This document shows, one piece after another, positions 9,014 to 20,563 of a stretch of 64,000 bases of DNA. The DNA is from Naegleria gruberi. Taxonomy: Eukaryota. Both the position numbers and the translations under genes were made by a program. Every line of letters begins with the position of its first letter. Position 1 is the first letter of the stretch. The stretch lies in the NCBI GenBank assembly GCA_000004985.1, contig GG738923.1; one strand, 5' to 3'. The notes beneath the pieces were generated by a model. The model searched no databases. It was not told where the DNA came from and worked only from the letters and a program-made list of their open reading frames with translations.

Positions 9014-11108
9014 TTATTTCTTATTTGGTTGTTTGTTAGTTGATTGTAAAATTAAAGCATTTTCATCTTCTAAAACCTTTTCAGATTTTGATTGTTTAAC
9101 AGTAATTGTTGAATTATTTAAAATCAATGCCACGTGTTCACCATTATTTGTTAAATTTACAATAAATGATTTAACCATTGGATCAATTAATGGAATGTGA
9201 ATTCTCAAATCAATACAATGGAATGGATCATCAGTCAAATTACATCTTTTAACTTTTGGAATTGAACCACGAATGACACCACTTTGTGAACTTGTCATTG
9301 ATTCTGTCATTTGATGAGCTAACATGTCATTAATCCAAACTCTGAATGGTTCATCTTCACTTGCAGGAATAGCAGCATAATGAAGATAAATTCTACTCAT
9401 TTGATCATTCTTATCACCTAATTGATTAGTATCAAATGAATCATTATGTTGTTGTTTGATTCTAATATTATTTCTATTTCCTTCTTGAGTAATTAGAATT
9501 TGAATGAATTTACCATGTTGAGAGAGATTGAAATTTTGTTGAGTATAAATATTTGCTTCAGGCATATCAATTAATAGAGAAACAATGCAATCTTCTCTTG
9601 GTAGTTTTGGAAAAGTACCTCTGACAATAACTGTTTTACCAGATGGAGTTGAATCCTCTCTCTGATACATGACTGTTTTACCTTCATAAAGTAATTTAAA
9701 TGGTTTCTCAGGTGTTGCCTTAATATTGGAAATGTAAATTGCCAAATCCATAGTTTCACCAAATTCACCTTGTTGTTTCTTCTTATTTTCAATAATTTTA
9801 GAAGGTGCTTGATCTTTCTTTAATCCCATAACTTGTCTCTTCTTTTCATCATATTCTTCTTGTTCTAAAATACCTTGTTCTAATAGAGAATCTAATTTAC
9901 TCAATTGATCTCTTTGTTGAGGTGTTAATTTTAATTTCAATCCTGAATCGTCATCATCATCATCATCATCTTCATCTCCATATTCATCTTCATCTTCATC
10001 ATCATCTGGTAATAATTGTCTCTTCTTTGCTTTATATTCTTCATCTGTTAAAATTCCTGCATCAAGTAAATCTTGAAGTTTTTGTAATTGTTCTTCAACT
10101 GTTGCAGTAGAATTGGATTTCTTTGAAGATTTCTTAACAGTTGTTGTTGTAACCATAGATTCAGATGGTCTCTTTCTTTCTTCTTCCAATTTTTTACGTT
10201 GTTGTCTCAATAGAGTTTCCTTCTTTGAAATTACTTCATCCTCTGATAAAATTTCAGATTCAACTAAATTGGCCAATTTTTCCAATTGTTGAATTTGATC
10301 TGGTGTTAATAAATCTCTTTCTTCAGGTGTTAAATTTAATTTATAACCAGAGGAGGAATTAGAAGAAACAGCAGCAGTAGTAGTAGTAGATGGTTTCTTT
10401 GAAATGGTTGTACTAGCTCCTACTCTCTTTGATGATGAAATAATTGGTTGGTCATCTGAATCATCATCTTCATCTTCAGTTGTAGAATCTTGAAGAATTT
10501 TCTTTCCAATTGCAGATTTCAATGCTGATAATTCTCTATCACTATTACTTTCATCACCACCACTTACAATAACAGCTTCATCACTACTATTATCACTACT
10601 GTTAGATGAATATTTGTTTGATGTTCTATTGTTACTACTACCACCACTACTAGTAGTAGTGTTGTTGACTTGTTTGTTAATAATTGGTCGATTATTGACA
10701 ATTCTATTAGATGATGATTTAATAATTGGTTCATCATCAGAATCATCATCTGTTGATTCGGCAACAATATGTTTACGTTGTTGACTTGATGTTGATGATG
10801 TTGTTGTTGTTGTTGGTTTGGTTGTTGTTGTTGTTGATTGAGATGGTGTAGATTTTTGACTAACAATTGGTATTTCTTCTTCTTCATCTTCTTCTTCAAA
10901 GGAACCTCCCGATAAAATCTTTTTCTTTTCCTCCTCTATTAGAGTTTAGTTTTAAGTTTCGTAAGTGATGATAATACTTACCAAAATCTTCAGGATCCAT
11001 CAAACCTTGGTCAAGGAATGATTGAAGAATTTGAATTTGTTCTCTTTGCTCATCAGTAATGTTAACCATCTTGTTTTTTTTTTGATTTAAATTAATTTCG
11101 TCATTCAC
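9014..11108 (-). CDS. Protein with four SHOCT-like motifs, acidic linkers and an unknown 300-aa C-terminal domain. Two exons: 10982..11108 and 9014..10935; intron 10936..10981.
   Basis: Exon 1 (MNDEINLNQKKNKMVNITDEQREQIQILQSFLDQGLMDPEDF) ends at GTAAGT. The intron (46 nt) ends AATAG. Exon 2 is open in phase through the ORF 9014..10522. The spliced product is 682 aa. Four motifs fit the SHOCT consensus L..L.e.GiIteeE(Y/F)..kKrqLL: LQSFLDQGLMDPEDF|EEEKKKIL (split by the intron), LEKLANLVESEILSEDEVISKKETLL, LQDLLDAGILTDEEYKAKKRQLL and LDSLLEQGILEQEEYDEKKRQVM. Confidence 0.65.
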
Positions 11109-11340
11109 TTGTCAAATTTGACAATGAGATTATGAATGAAGGATTCGTTACAATGTCAATATTTAATAATACTATAACAACCTTTATTTAAAGTAAATTG
11201 GTCTTTCAATATAATCTATTTCAATATAATCTATGAATTATTTAAGGTAATATTTTCAACTAGTAAACTAATTATATAGGTAAGTAGTAGCAACAATAAT
11301 TTCAAACCCAAATGAAATTATTAATAATTTGAATAAATAA

Positions 11341-12735
11341 TTAAGAAATGTGTTGTTGAACAATGTGTTGATGATTATTAAAACCAATGCCACATTGATC
11401 ATCACCAATGAGACTCTTAATTGGTGGTAAAATCAAACCTTCTGAGGCAATTGGAGTGGCAATGGTGGTGCTTGATGAATTACTTGATGGTAAATTATTA
11501 AAACCATTAGTTGTTGTTCTACTATTGAAATTTCTATAATCACCAAGTGAAGGAATACGTTTCTTCAATGGTTGAGCATGATAATTCATAAAATTGGTTG
11601 AATGAAGAGATGAAATTGGTGGAAGAATTCTTGGAGAGGAAAACTTCTTATCAGAGGAAGCAAATTGGAATAACATTGAGGCAGCAGCTATTTCATCACC
11701 AAAATCTTGACTTTGATTTGAGGTTTGAGATTGTTCATTATAGAGACGGTGGTGATGAGTAGTAGTGTTATTACCAATGATGGAACTACTTGTTGGATGA
11801 GAATAATTATTACTCATATCAGAGAAGGAAATGTTAGAAGTGTTGAGGTGATCAATGGTTGATTCCTTATGTCCTACAACAACAATTGGTTCTTGTTCGT
11901 CATCATTTTCTTCTTCAGCAATAGGTTCCTCTTCTTCGGATGGAATGTACTCATCTTCTTCAACATCTTCTTCAGCAACAACAGTTTGTTCAATAGGCTT
12001 GCTGGAGATTTGTTGAGGAATGAAGGCTGCACTACTTGTTGAGGCAAAACCAATTCTCGAAGATGGAGAAGTTTGGATGACAACTTGTTCTTCACTGGCA
12101 GCCTCTTGTTGGTACTCAACAACCTTTCTCTTCTTACTGTGTTGGGAGGTGAGGGTAGGAGTAGAAGCAGAAACAATCTTTCTGGCTGATCTGGTTACTG
12201 GTTCTCTAATAACTTCTTCCTCTGATTCATATGAATCTTCTTCTTCCTCTGCAGATACTTCTTCTTCCTCTTCGTGGGTTCTCTTGTTCATTCCCTTCTT
12301 CTTTGGTGTAACGGTTCTAATGTATGGCCATCTGTTTTCATAACCAAGGCTGTAGAACTTTCTCTTTAAAGTTGAGACAGAAACACCAAGCTAATTTGAT
12401 AGCAATAATGGTGAGAGGATAATGTTATCCAGCGTATGATGATGACATTATTCATCATAATAAATAATTATTATTTAATTTCATAATAATTAATATATGG
12501 AATAATTAACGTTCAGAGAGAAGACAAAAACGGTTAATAACGTGTTAATTCAAAATAATGATGACAAGTTAATACAAACCTTCTTTGCAGCTTGCGATTG
12601 AGTATAAACAAAGTATTCTCTAATTGTTTCATAGGTAAGAGTGTCGAGCTTGCGATGTCTTCCCTTCTTCTTTAGACTTTTGGAAGAAGAATTGTCCAAA
12701 TAATAACTTGGATCTTCGTAGGTTAATGCGCTCAT
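11341..12735 (-). CDS. RWP-RK domain protein (putative transcription factor). Two exons: 12580..12735 and 11341..12390; intron 12391..12579.
   Basis: Exon 1 (MSALTYEDPSYYLDNSSSKSLKKKGRHRKLDTLTYETIREYFVYTQSQAAKK) joins phase-0 to LGVSVSTLKRKFYSLGYENRWPYIRTV... This reconstitutes the RWP-RK consensus (ls.e.l.kyF.l.i..AAk.LGVs.T.LKr.cR..Gi.RWP.RK). The donor is GTTTGT and the acceptor ATTAG. It is followed by an acidic (EEEEE) and Ser/Thr-rich C-terminus (ORF 11341..12291). Confidence 0.7.
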
Positions 12736-13448
12736 TGTATTATTCACGATTCAAAGAATTATTGTTGTTGTTGCTATTGAAGCAAGTTACTAAAATTATG
12801 TTTGTAAATAATTAATAGTATTAATGATGATATGGAGTCTTGGCGAAAGAGCTCACAAAAGAATAAACAAGTGCAATAATTATTGCAATAATTTGATTGT
12901 TAATATATTGTTGGGCTGTATGGTCTTGGTCAAGAATCTTCCTTGGCACGAGCGACTCTGATATTATCTTGTATGTTTTGTACAGGCAAGAATTAGCACA
13001 CAAATATGAACCAATTGAAGGTGATGAATTAGTTTTTTTTAATTTTAAAAATCTCGGAATGGCTGATGGATCTTCCAGTCGCTCAGCTTCGGAATCACCA
13101 AGCAAAACAAACGCGCACTTCAAGTATGAGATCTGTGGGAGATTTTAGTCCAGCACTTTTTTGACCTTCATTTGAAATCGCTTTGCACAAACATCTATTC
13201 TATTATTTTATGGCAATAATAATTAATCTGTACAATCTCAAGACTTGAAAATATACAATACATCTTATTAGTGATGCAAGCCGTTCTATTCGAATAACAT
13301 CCATATCACCGGTTTAATAATTTGTTTTTATCTTATTTTGATTGATTTCATTCACTACAGTCTTTTTCTCACCTTGAGTCATTTTTCTTATTTGGGTTGC
13401 TTTAGTTTTCAACACGAAATGTGCTGCAAAAGATATTTGTCAATTAAA

Positions 13449-16015
13449 TCATTCCTGATAATTTTCAAAAGAAAGAACACCTCTCATTTCGAAATATTCT
13501 ATTAAAGGGGTCAATTTGACAGTTTCATTTGCATTTGACATACAAATATGATATCCAACATTTTCCAATCCTTTGAATTCAATAAAAATCCGCATATTAG
13601 AAATAATGTTACTAATGATCACTTCTCCATCCTTGTGTTGAATGGTCAAGAAATCTGGAATACATTTAAACGACTCCATCTTATTGGTATTGAATGAGTA
13701 TTTGGCTAATAGTTGATTTCCATCAATTTTCATATCATTCAATGGACTATCATATTGATAACCACTATTTAGTAACTTCCATTTTGCAAATAGTTCAATA
13801 TTTTTACCATTCATTACATATTTAATGAGGTAGAGTGGTAATTCAAGTGCTTTCAAATCCTCATTCACAATAAAACAGTGTAGAATATCAATGAATGTAG
13901 AATTCATGAGTTTCATCTTATCTAGTAAGAAACATCGCAGAATTGGATTAGACACTTTCAGTATTTGTCCTTTGCATTCATCATTATGGAGATAATTGGC
14001 CAATTCGAACAATGATACCAATATTTGATAATACTTCTCTATTGGAGGACTTTGGATGATATTGAATTGAAGGAAACAGTTATAGAATGCAATTGTGTCG
14101 TTAGTAATCTTCTCGTGCTCAGTTTCTATTGTCAATAGAGTTGATAAATCTTTCTCCAAATATTGGCCAACAGGTTTAAACTCTCCAGTTGCTTTTGGGT
14201 TATAGCAGAACTCATTTTCATTCACAATTAATGACCTATCATGTTCAGTTCCAAAAGTTTCAAAAGCATTATGGAATCTCTTGAATTTCTGCTTTGGATG
14301 GTTTAATTTTTCCATCCACAATTTAGCTTGCAATAAATTTTTCTTCACTCCAACTCCATAATTAAAGCAATCAATGATAAATTGAATTGCCATAGTATGA
14401 TGTTGTTGAGCTGCCTTATAACCCCAATCAAATGCCTGTGCAAAATCTTTCTTTACCCAAATTCCTTCATTAAATATGCGTGCCATTTGGTATTGGGCCT
14501 CATCATGTCCATTGTTAGCAGATTTCGACAGCCATTTGTGGGCACGTTCATAATTCTTATCAGTATTGAGAAAAAACATTCCAACCTCAAATTGTGCAAG
14601 TGAGTTATCATTCTTGGCAGCTTTCAATAACCATTGAAAACCTTCTCTTTGATCCTGTTGAACATCTTGCCCATTTTTCAACATTATTCCAACGTGGTAT
14701 TGAGCCTGAGCATCCGTTTCCGCTAGTTTCATATAATATTTGAATGATCCCATAATTAATACATCAGAGGATTTTGTTACAATTTCCACATCAAAAAGCT
14801 TGGGATTATGATTAATTTTCAATACAGGATACTCTTCTAATACCTTTTTCAAAGTAAAATAGGCTGAAGAAGCTGTGGTTCCTATTGCAACTTTTAGTAG
14901 AGTTTCATTCCTTAATTTTTCACAATTTTCAACACACTTGTCAACTTGAATACACCACACTTTTGGAGTTGCTCGTAGTTTTCTAACGTGTTTAAAACCA
15001 GCAGTTGTATAATACATATCTACAAGGCCATCCTCTGATCCTGAAAATATGAAATCACCCTCAAAGATACATGTTGTCACAGGTTCTGGATGAATTTGAG
15101 ATAATTTCACAATGCATTCTCCAGAGTCACAGTCAAATATTTGAGTGCTTCCATCATCAAACGAGGCAACAAACCAATTTCTTCTATTGTAATCATTTCC
15201 TCTGTAAAAATCTACACAGTTGACTGGAGATTTTGTCTTGATCTTTTTGCTACTTGGTTTTGGTTTGCCTATTATTCACTATTTAATTTTATAAATATTC
15301 GAATAAACTTACTCGATATTTTGAAAAGACTCTTATCTGAATCTGTTTCTCTATATTCACTCAATTGCTTAAATGGAATATTCCACACAGTAACTGTTGA
15401 ATTCAAAGAACCTGAAATTACAATATCTGTATTGAAACAATTCATAGACATGGACATGACATATTTTTTTGGATCTAAACTAACATTTGACATGACGTGT
15501 TCAACAGCAAACTTCTTCTCCCAATTCCACAATAAAATTTTTCCATTATCACCACCTGCCATAATGAATGGATATTTAGGATGTACCATTAGACATCTAA
15601 CATATTCACCAAAAGGCACTCTAACAACTTCTAAATCATTTTCATAATCAATAACATGTACATTTCCCCTATCAGTACCACAAACAATATATTTCAATTG
15701 ATTAATAAATTTTAAACATCGAATAGGTGCTTTCGGTTCAATAGTAAAGGTATAGTGTAATTGTAATTCATCAGCACTATTTGATTCACCTGTTGTTGTA
15801 ACTCTAACTCTGAATACTTTAATAAAACCTTCATAGGAAGAAATTGCTAGTAGTGTTCGATCATGATTGAATTCTATTGCTTTGACATAGGGAACAAGTT
15901 GATTATTGGTGATGGGAATGGATTTTAATTCATGAGTGAGCAGAGTTTTGGAAAGATTGGGAAAGATTATCTTGTTTTGATCCGAAGTTGGCTTGAGTTT
16001 GGCAAGTAATTTCAT
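13449..16015 (-). CDS. WD40-repeat plus Sel1-repeat protein. Two exons: 15313..16015 and 13449..15268; intron 15269..15312. About 840 aa.
   Basis: Upstream ORF 15272..16015 has WD40 blades (LLAISSYEGFIKVF, IVCGTDRGNVHVIDY, IMAGGDNGKILLWNW, VISGSLNSTVTVWNI). GTAAGT donor at 15312. After a 44-nt intron the frame continues (SKPKPSSKK...FVASFDDGSTQIFDCDSGECIVKL...) into ORF 13449..15110, which carries Sel1-like repeats (AQYHVGIMLKNGQDV..., AQFEVGMFFLN..., AQYQMARIFNEGIWV..., AIQFIIDCFNYGVGV...) and an unknown C-terminal region. Confidence 0.7.
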
Positions 16016-16465
16016 TTTTTAAAATATTTTTTTAATTGTTTTAAGTAAAATAATACTTCAACTGTCAAGGGTTAAAATCTACCTGAGATCTGTTGTCATT
16101 TTTTAAGCAAGTAAACTAAAATAAGATAAAAGACTAAATGCCTAATGAAGTGATTAACATATTTTCATACTCGCCCTAATGAAATTGTTTATTAGTACAC
16201 TGAAATAATACTGCCCTATATTAATACTGGTTCAACATCCCATTTACAAAGAAGGCGCACTATTAATAATGGATGAGAGTTGTTTGAATCCATTTTCCAA
16301 ATCCTTCTTGGAGGATGCACATTTGTTCATCCCAACAAGTGAATAGACATTTTTGAGTTGGAATAGTAAAACTAATAAAATAAAAATAAATAAGTATGTA
16401 TAGTAGCCTCTTTATCCATTATGGCTAAGATTACAAAAAATTAAAAAACTTTAATTTTAAAAAAA

Positions 16466-17119
16466 ATGCCGTTACATGAAATAGTGGAAAGAATTCTGTT
16501 ATCCCGAGAAGGCAAAGAAGAAGAAGAATCAATTCCGTGGGTACAAAATGAAAGCTTTGCCAACATTGATTTTAATTCTACTCACCTCTCGGATCAAGTT
16601 GGAAAATCAGGCTTTGATATTACATTTAATTCTTGCCAATTTGAAAATTGCAAATTTAATTTAGATCTCTCCATGAAAATGTTATTTAGAAATTGTAGCT
16701 TTACTAATTGTATATTGGAAAATTCAATTCCGAAATTTTGTTGTATCAATCTGGACAAGTATGAACCCGATTATTTGTTTAATTGCAAATTTAGTGGAAA
16801 TTTTACAAGGATTCATAGAATTAATTTGAGAAGTTGTCGATTGGAGGCTAATCATGTAGAGATTGGTGATTTGGCCATTTCATTGAATGCTGATGATGAT
16901 TTTGCTTTGGAGAATTGTAATTTGCAATCAAGTAATGTTTCCATAGTTAAAGTGTGGGGAAAACAAACTCCGAAACGAGAAGGCCTCTTGAAAGCAACAC
17001 AAATTGCCAAACAGTATCACATCAGAATGATTTATTGTGATCATTGCTATTCTGTTTTCAAAAATCTTGCATTATCAAAGGAAAAGTGTTGTTCCAAGAA
17101 GTGTATCATTAACATTTAA
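16466..17119 (+). CDS. Pentapeptide-repeat-like protein.
   Basis: 217-aa ORF with 5-residue periodicity of Phe/Leu and Asn/Cys: FNSCQ FENCK FNLDL ... FRNCS FTNCI LENSI ... FNCKF SGNFT RIHRI NLRSC RLEAN. This is consistent with a right-handed quadrilateral beta-helix of pentapeptide repeats. Confidence 0.5.
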   Translation: MPLHEIVERILLSREGKEEEESIPWVQNESFANIDFNSTHLSDQVGKSGFDITFNSCQFENCKFNLDLSMKMLFRNCSFTNCILENSIPKFCCINLDKYEPDYLFNCKFSGNFTRIHRINLRSCRLEANHVEIGDLAISLNADDDFALENCNLQSSNVSIVKVWGKQTPKREGLLKATQIAKQYHIRMIYCDHCYSVFKNLALSKEKCCSKKCIINI

Positions 17120-17524
17120 TAGTATCTCACTTTATATTCTTCATATCATTTGAGAGGATGAAGATGAAAAATTTTGAAATATTACTTAAGACAAGAAGTT
17201 GGGTTTTGGTAAAGATCAAAAAAAATGTCAAGAGTATTCTACATTGCTAATATCCTTCAGTTTGATAGTGAGTTTTTTTACATTTTTTACAAGCATCAAT
17301 GATGATGATCAACAAAATTTACCATAGATTTTATTTCATACACAAATACTGATAAATTTGTCAGATTAGAGATTGATGGTAAATCTTCCTTTACTTTTAG
17401 TAATATTATCGGAGGAGACAAGAATTTATTCTTTGTTTGTGCATCTTCTAATAGACTGGTCGAGATCAATGCTGAAGAACATAATAGACATAAAACACAC
17501 AATGCAGTAAAAACTCCTATTACT

Positions 17525-18494
17525 TTGATAGATCACGATAAAGATAATAGAATAGAAATGACAAAGATTGAATATCCAAATTTGATGGAGGACTCTATTG
17601 TTTATAATATTCAATATTTTATGGGAAAGGATTATGTGTATTTAGTGGACAAAAAAAATGGGACTGTTGGATCTTTTTCTCTCAATTCAGGCCAATTGTT
17701 AGTTAACTATTATTCAGATCATAGAGGAATCAGAAAGTTTATCACTGGACCTGTTTCTTCTTGTCATGTCGTGCTGACCTATGATGGAACTATTTTTGAG
17801 AATGGAAAGGAGGTTGTTTTTTTTTCAACTGATCCACAACCGAATATTTTGAGAGCTGCATGTTGTGGAAGAGGATCAATTCTGGCTTCTTCTCATGATC
17901 TTTATGCAAGAGGAGATGATAATGTATTCTTTGCGTTTTCAGAAAAGTTTGGAGACTACAATCACAATGTTTCAGCAACAAAGTTTGTACATATTGCTAA
18001 ATTTGAACACGAAATTAGAGATATCCAATGTGGATACTTTTTTTCTGTAGTTCTTTTGCATAATAATGAATTATTGGCATGTGGCTATAATGGCTTGAAT
18101 CAATCCTCTTGGGATTCTTCCTATGGTGAGATTAAACAATTTACCAAAATTCAATACTCGTTCGGTTATATTGAGAGATTTGGCTGTTCTTCAAGAGGTA
18201 CTTGGGTTGTTAGTGGTGAGTATTTTGATGTTCTTTTTCTTATCTTTTTAAGGTGATGAGGTTACAATGGTAGGAGAGGTTGTTGAACTTTTTACAACCT
18301 TAGTTTCAAATACAGGAGTTCCAAAAATCATAAAGTTTCATCTGGAGGACTTTGATTGTGATACATTGATGAATTGTGGATGGCACTACGTGATGTACAA
18401 CCAAAACCCAAAGAAGAGTAACTATTTCAAAGAAAGACTTCATACCATGGTTGAATTGGAACTAATTACTGACCTTGGTTTCATTTGCCAATAA
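17525..18494 (+). CDS. RCC1-like (beta-propeller repeat) protein. Two exons: 17525..18215 and 18253..18494; intron 18216..18252.
   Basis: Blade-like motifs ILASSHDLYARGDDN, VVLLHNNELLACGYNGLNQSS and RGTWVVSG. GTGAGT donor and TTTAAG acceptor (37-nt intron) join in phase to GDEVTMVGEVVELF...GFICQ*. Paralogous to 32519..33862. Confidence 0.55.
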
Positions 18495-18886
18495 GGCAAC
18501 TGGAGGAAATACATTGAAGGAATCGGTTTATTCCTTAAGCACAGCATGTGTCTCTGCCAAGTTTTTAACTTGAGGAAAACTAAGGAAGTCTGGAATTTCA
18601 ATGCACTTAAAAATAGTTTCTTAACAAAACAGAATATTTGTTGAAAAGTCTGTCGCTGGTAAGAGTGAGTTTATTCAAGAATTGGAAGATCAATTTGATT
18701 CTCAAACTCATTTGACTAAGTATAACTGATGCATAACTGTTAAAAGATCCATAGGGTGAGTCAACTAATTGCCAAATGATGATTTGAAGATTAACAAATT
18801 TTAAAATTAAGGTATGAGCAATCGATCTCTTATGCACCAATTTGTTTATTAAGGCGAATTAAGGAATGATATTTATCTTTATGTAA

Positions 18887-18957
18887 TCGGGCGTGGTATA
18901 GTGGTAGCATTCCAGACTGTCACTCTGGCGACCCGGGTTCAATTCCCGGCGTTCGAG
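18887..18957 (+). tRNA. tRNA-Asp (anticodon GUC), copy 1.
   Basis: TCGGGCGTGGTATAGTGGTAGCATTCCAGACTGTCACTCTGGCGACCCGGGTTCAATTCCCGGCGTTCGAG. Acceptor stem with 2 G-U pairs, Asp-type GUAU D-stem, anticodon stem CCAGA/TCTGG with loop CTGTCAC, and T-arm CCGGG-TTCAATT-CCCGG. Confidence 0.75.
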
Positions 18958-19318
18958 TTCAATTTTATGTAGTTTTTGAAAATTTATCTTGGAGTTTTGT
19001 ATCGAAGTTTGGACATCATTTTTCTATTTTAAATATGTGTGAAAAATGTCACGAAGCATGTTTGAAACTTTTGTAGTGAGAATATGGAGAGAGTGGATAC
19101 AATATCATTCATAGAAAGCCTAATGTGTTGTTTAGGTGGTATTGTTGTGTTCTATTAATAATAATTGAAATTAAGGTATGTACCATTTGTTTGTATTGAT
19201 TTAAATTTATTGAGTTATTAGTGTTGATATATAGTTATAGTAAACAATTAAGAAAACTTGAAAGATTCAGATCAGAATTGTAACACTTGTTAGTGATTGA
19301 GTTTCTTAGTAAAAAAAA

Positions 19319-20563
19319 ATGCGAAACAATAAAGAGGGGAAAGTTAGATTTTTTCTTTGTGATTTTAAACTTCCTTCCAGTGATGATAATTCCACTCAAA
19401 TATTAAATTGGTTAAAAATCAAATTTGGCCAATTAAAATTTTCATCATTTAATTGTTCATCAATAAGAGATTTTAAATTTTGTTCCGATAATTTATTGGA
19501 AAGAATTGATAGGATGGGATTTGAAAAACCATCCTATGTGCATAGGCAGTGTATTTTTCCAATGATTCGTTCTCATGAGAGTCAAGATTATTTATTCGAA
19601 AATTGTGGTGAAGGAACAGATCGGATTGTTTCGTATGTGATTGGAATTATTGAAAGAAGATATCGAATGAGGAATGAAAAGAATGGAACGACCATTGTGA
19701 TTGGAAATGGATGGCAATGGGCATATACTGTTAGATATTTGTTAAAATCTTTAGGAGGAGATGATTTGAAAGTTTGTTTGTGTTTGGAAGGATTCAGGGC
19801 AAGTACTTTTCAAGGAAATGAGGATGTGATTGTTGGAATTTGTAACAATGTGAACAATCTTGTCAATTCTGGGTCTCTAAAAGCAAAGGATGTAAATTTA
19901 TTGATTATTGATCAAGCTAATCATTTGATTTTTGATTTAGATTGTGGTTTACATATACTGATGTGGAATTTTAATTGTAAAGTTTGTTGGTTTTGTCTAA
20001 CTGATTGTCTGAAGGAAAATCCTCTGAGAGATCCCATCAAGATTCAAATATTGAAAGATGGAACAGATTATCCTGATCTGAGAGCTTCTTACTCTAAGAA
20101 TTTTTACATTGATGTAGAAATTGAAGACTACAAATACGAAACTATCAGTGATTTATTCGATATTTTGGATGGTCTTCGAGCAGTAGTGTACTGTGAATCA
20201 GATGAGAAAGCTAAGGCAATTTGTGAAAAATTGCAAGATCGGTTTCTTGTAGCATGTTTACACAGAGGCCTTGGAGAAACACAAATTGAGGAAATTAGAC
20301 AAGATTTTAATTGGGCAAAGGTTAGATTTTTATTTACAACAGATCATTTCTCTAAACTTGAATATCATCCAGTCTTGGTGATAAACTATGATTTACCATG
20401 GCAAAATGAAAAGTATGCACTTCGACAAATCACATCAAGGTTTAGAAATACAGCAACTATCAGCTTGATACGACACGAAGACGTTATTAAGATTAGAGAA
20501 ATTGAGAAATTTTATTTCATTGAAATTCAAGAATGTCCGTATGCCATTCTCGATTACCTTTGA
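19319..20563 (+). CDS. eIF4A-like DEAD-box helicase paralog with degenerate catalytic motifs (putative pseudo-helicase).
   Basis: 414-aa ORF colinear with eIF4A. RMGFEKPSYVHRQCIFPMIRSHESQDYLFENCGEGTDR corresponds to GFEKPSAIQQRAI...AQSGTGKT, with the Q-motif kept and the Walker A GKT lost. LIIDQANHL corresponds to VLDEADEML (DEAD lost). VLVINYDLPWQNEKYALRQITSRFRN corresponds to LVINYDLP.N.E.YIHRIGRGGR (motif VI lost). Domain 2 core (AVVYCESDEKAKAICEKL...FLFTTDHFSK) is retained. Confidence 0.75.
   Translation: MRNNKEGKVRFFLCDFKLPSSDDNSTQILNWLKIKFGQLKFSSFNCSSIRDFKFCSDNLLERIDRMGFEKPSYVHRQCIFPMIRSHESQDYLFENCGEGTDRIVSYVIGIIERRYRMRNEKNGTTIVIGNGWQWAYTVRYLLKSLGGDDLKVCLCLEGFRASTFQGNEDVIVGICNNVNNLVNSGSLKAKDVNLLIIDQANHLIFDLDCGLHILMWNFNCKVCWFCLTDCLKENPLRDPIKIQILKDGTDYPDLRASYSKNFYIDVEIEDYKYETISDLFDILDGLRAVVYCESDEKAKAICEKLQDRFLVACLHRGLGETQIEEIRQDFNWAKVRFLFTTDHFSKLEYHPVLVINYDLPWQNEKYALRQITSRFRNTATISLIRHEDVIKIREIEKFYFIEIQECPYAILDYL

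Noticed and set aside
9922-10110. His-rich plus-strand ORF (HHHHHHLHLHIHLHLHHH)
   Set aside because: It is the antisense shadow of the acidic DDDEDEDE stretch of the SHOCT-motif gene, not an independent gene.
10564-10899. 111-aa poly-Q/N ORF (MKKKMKKKKYQLL...QQQQQ) on the minus strand
   Set aside because: It is an alternative reading frame of exon 2 of the SHOCT-motif gene. The in-phase frame encodes the Ser/Thr/Asp-rich linker instead.
12821-13148. Overlapping small ORFs (100 aa minus, 83 aa plus) upstream of the RWP-RK gene
   Set aside because: They overlap each other, and there is no domain, splice or codon-bias evidence. This is likely promoter or 5'-UTR sequence of the RWP-RK gene, although the region is somewhat GC-richer than background.
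18607-18840. 77-aa minus-strand ORF present in both duplication units (also 24939..25172)
   Set aside because: It has no recognisable features and lies in the spacer between the RCC1-like gene and tRNA-Asp. It is identical in both copies only because the whole unit is duplicated.
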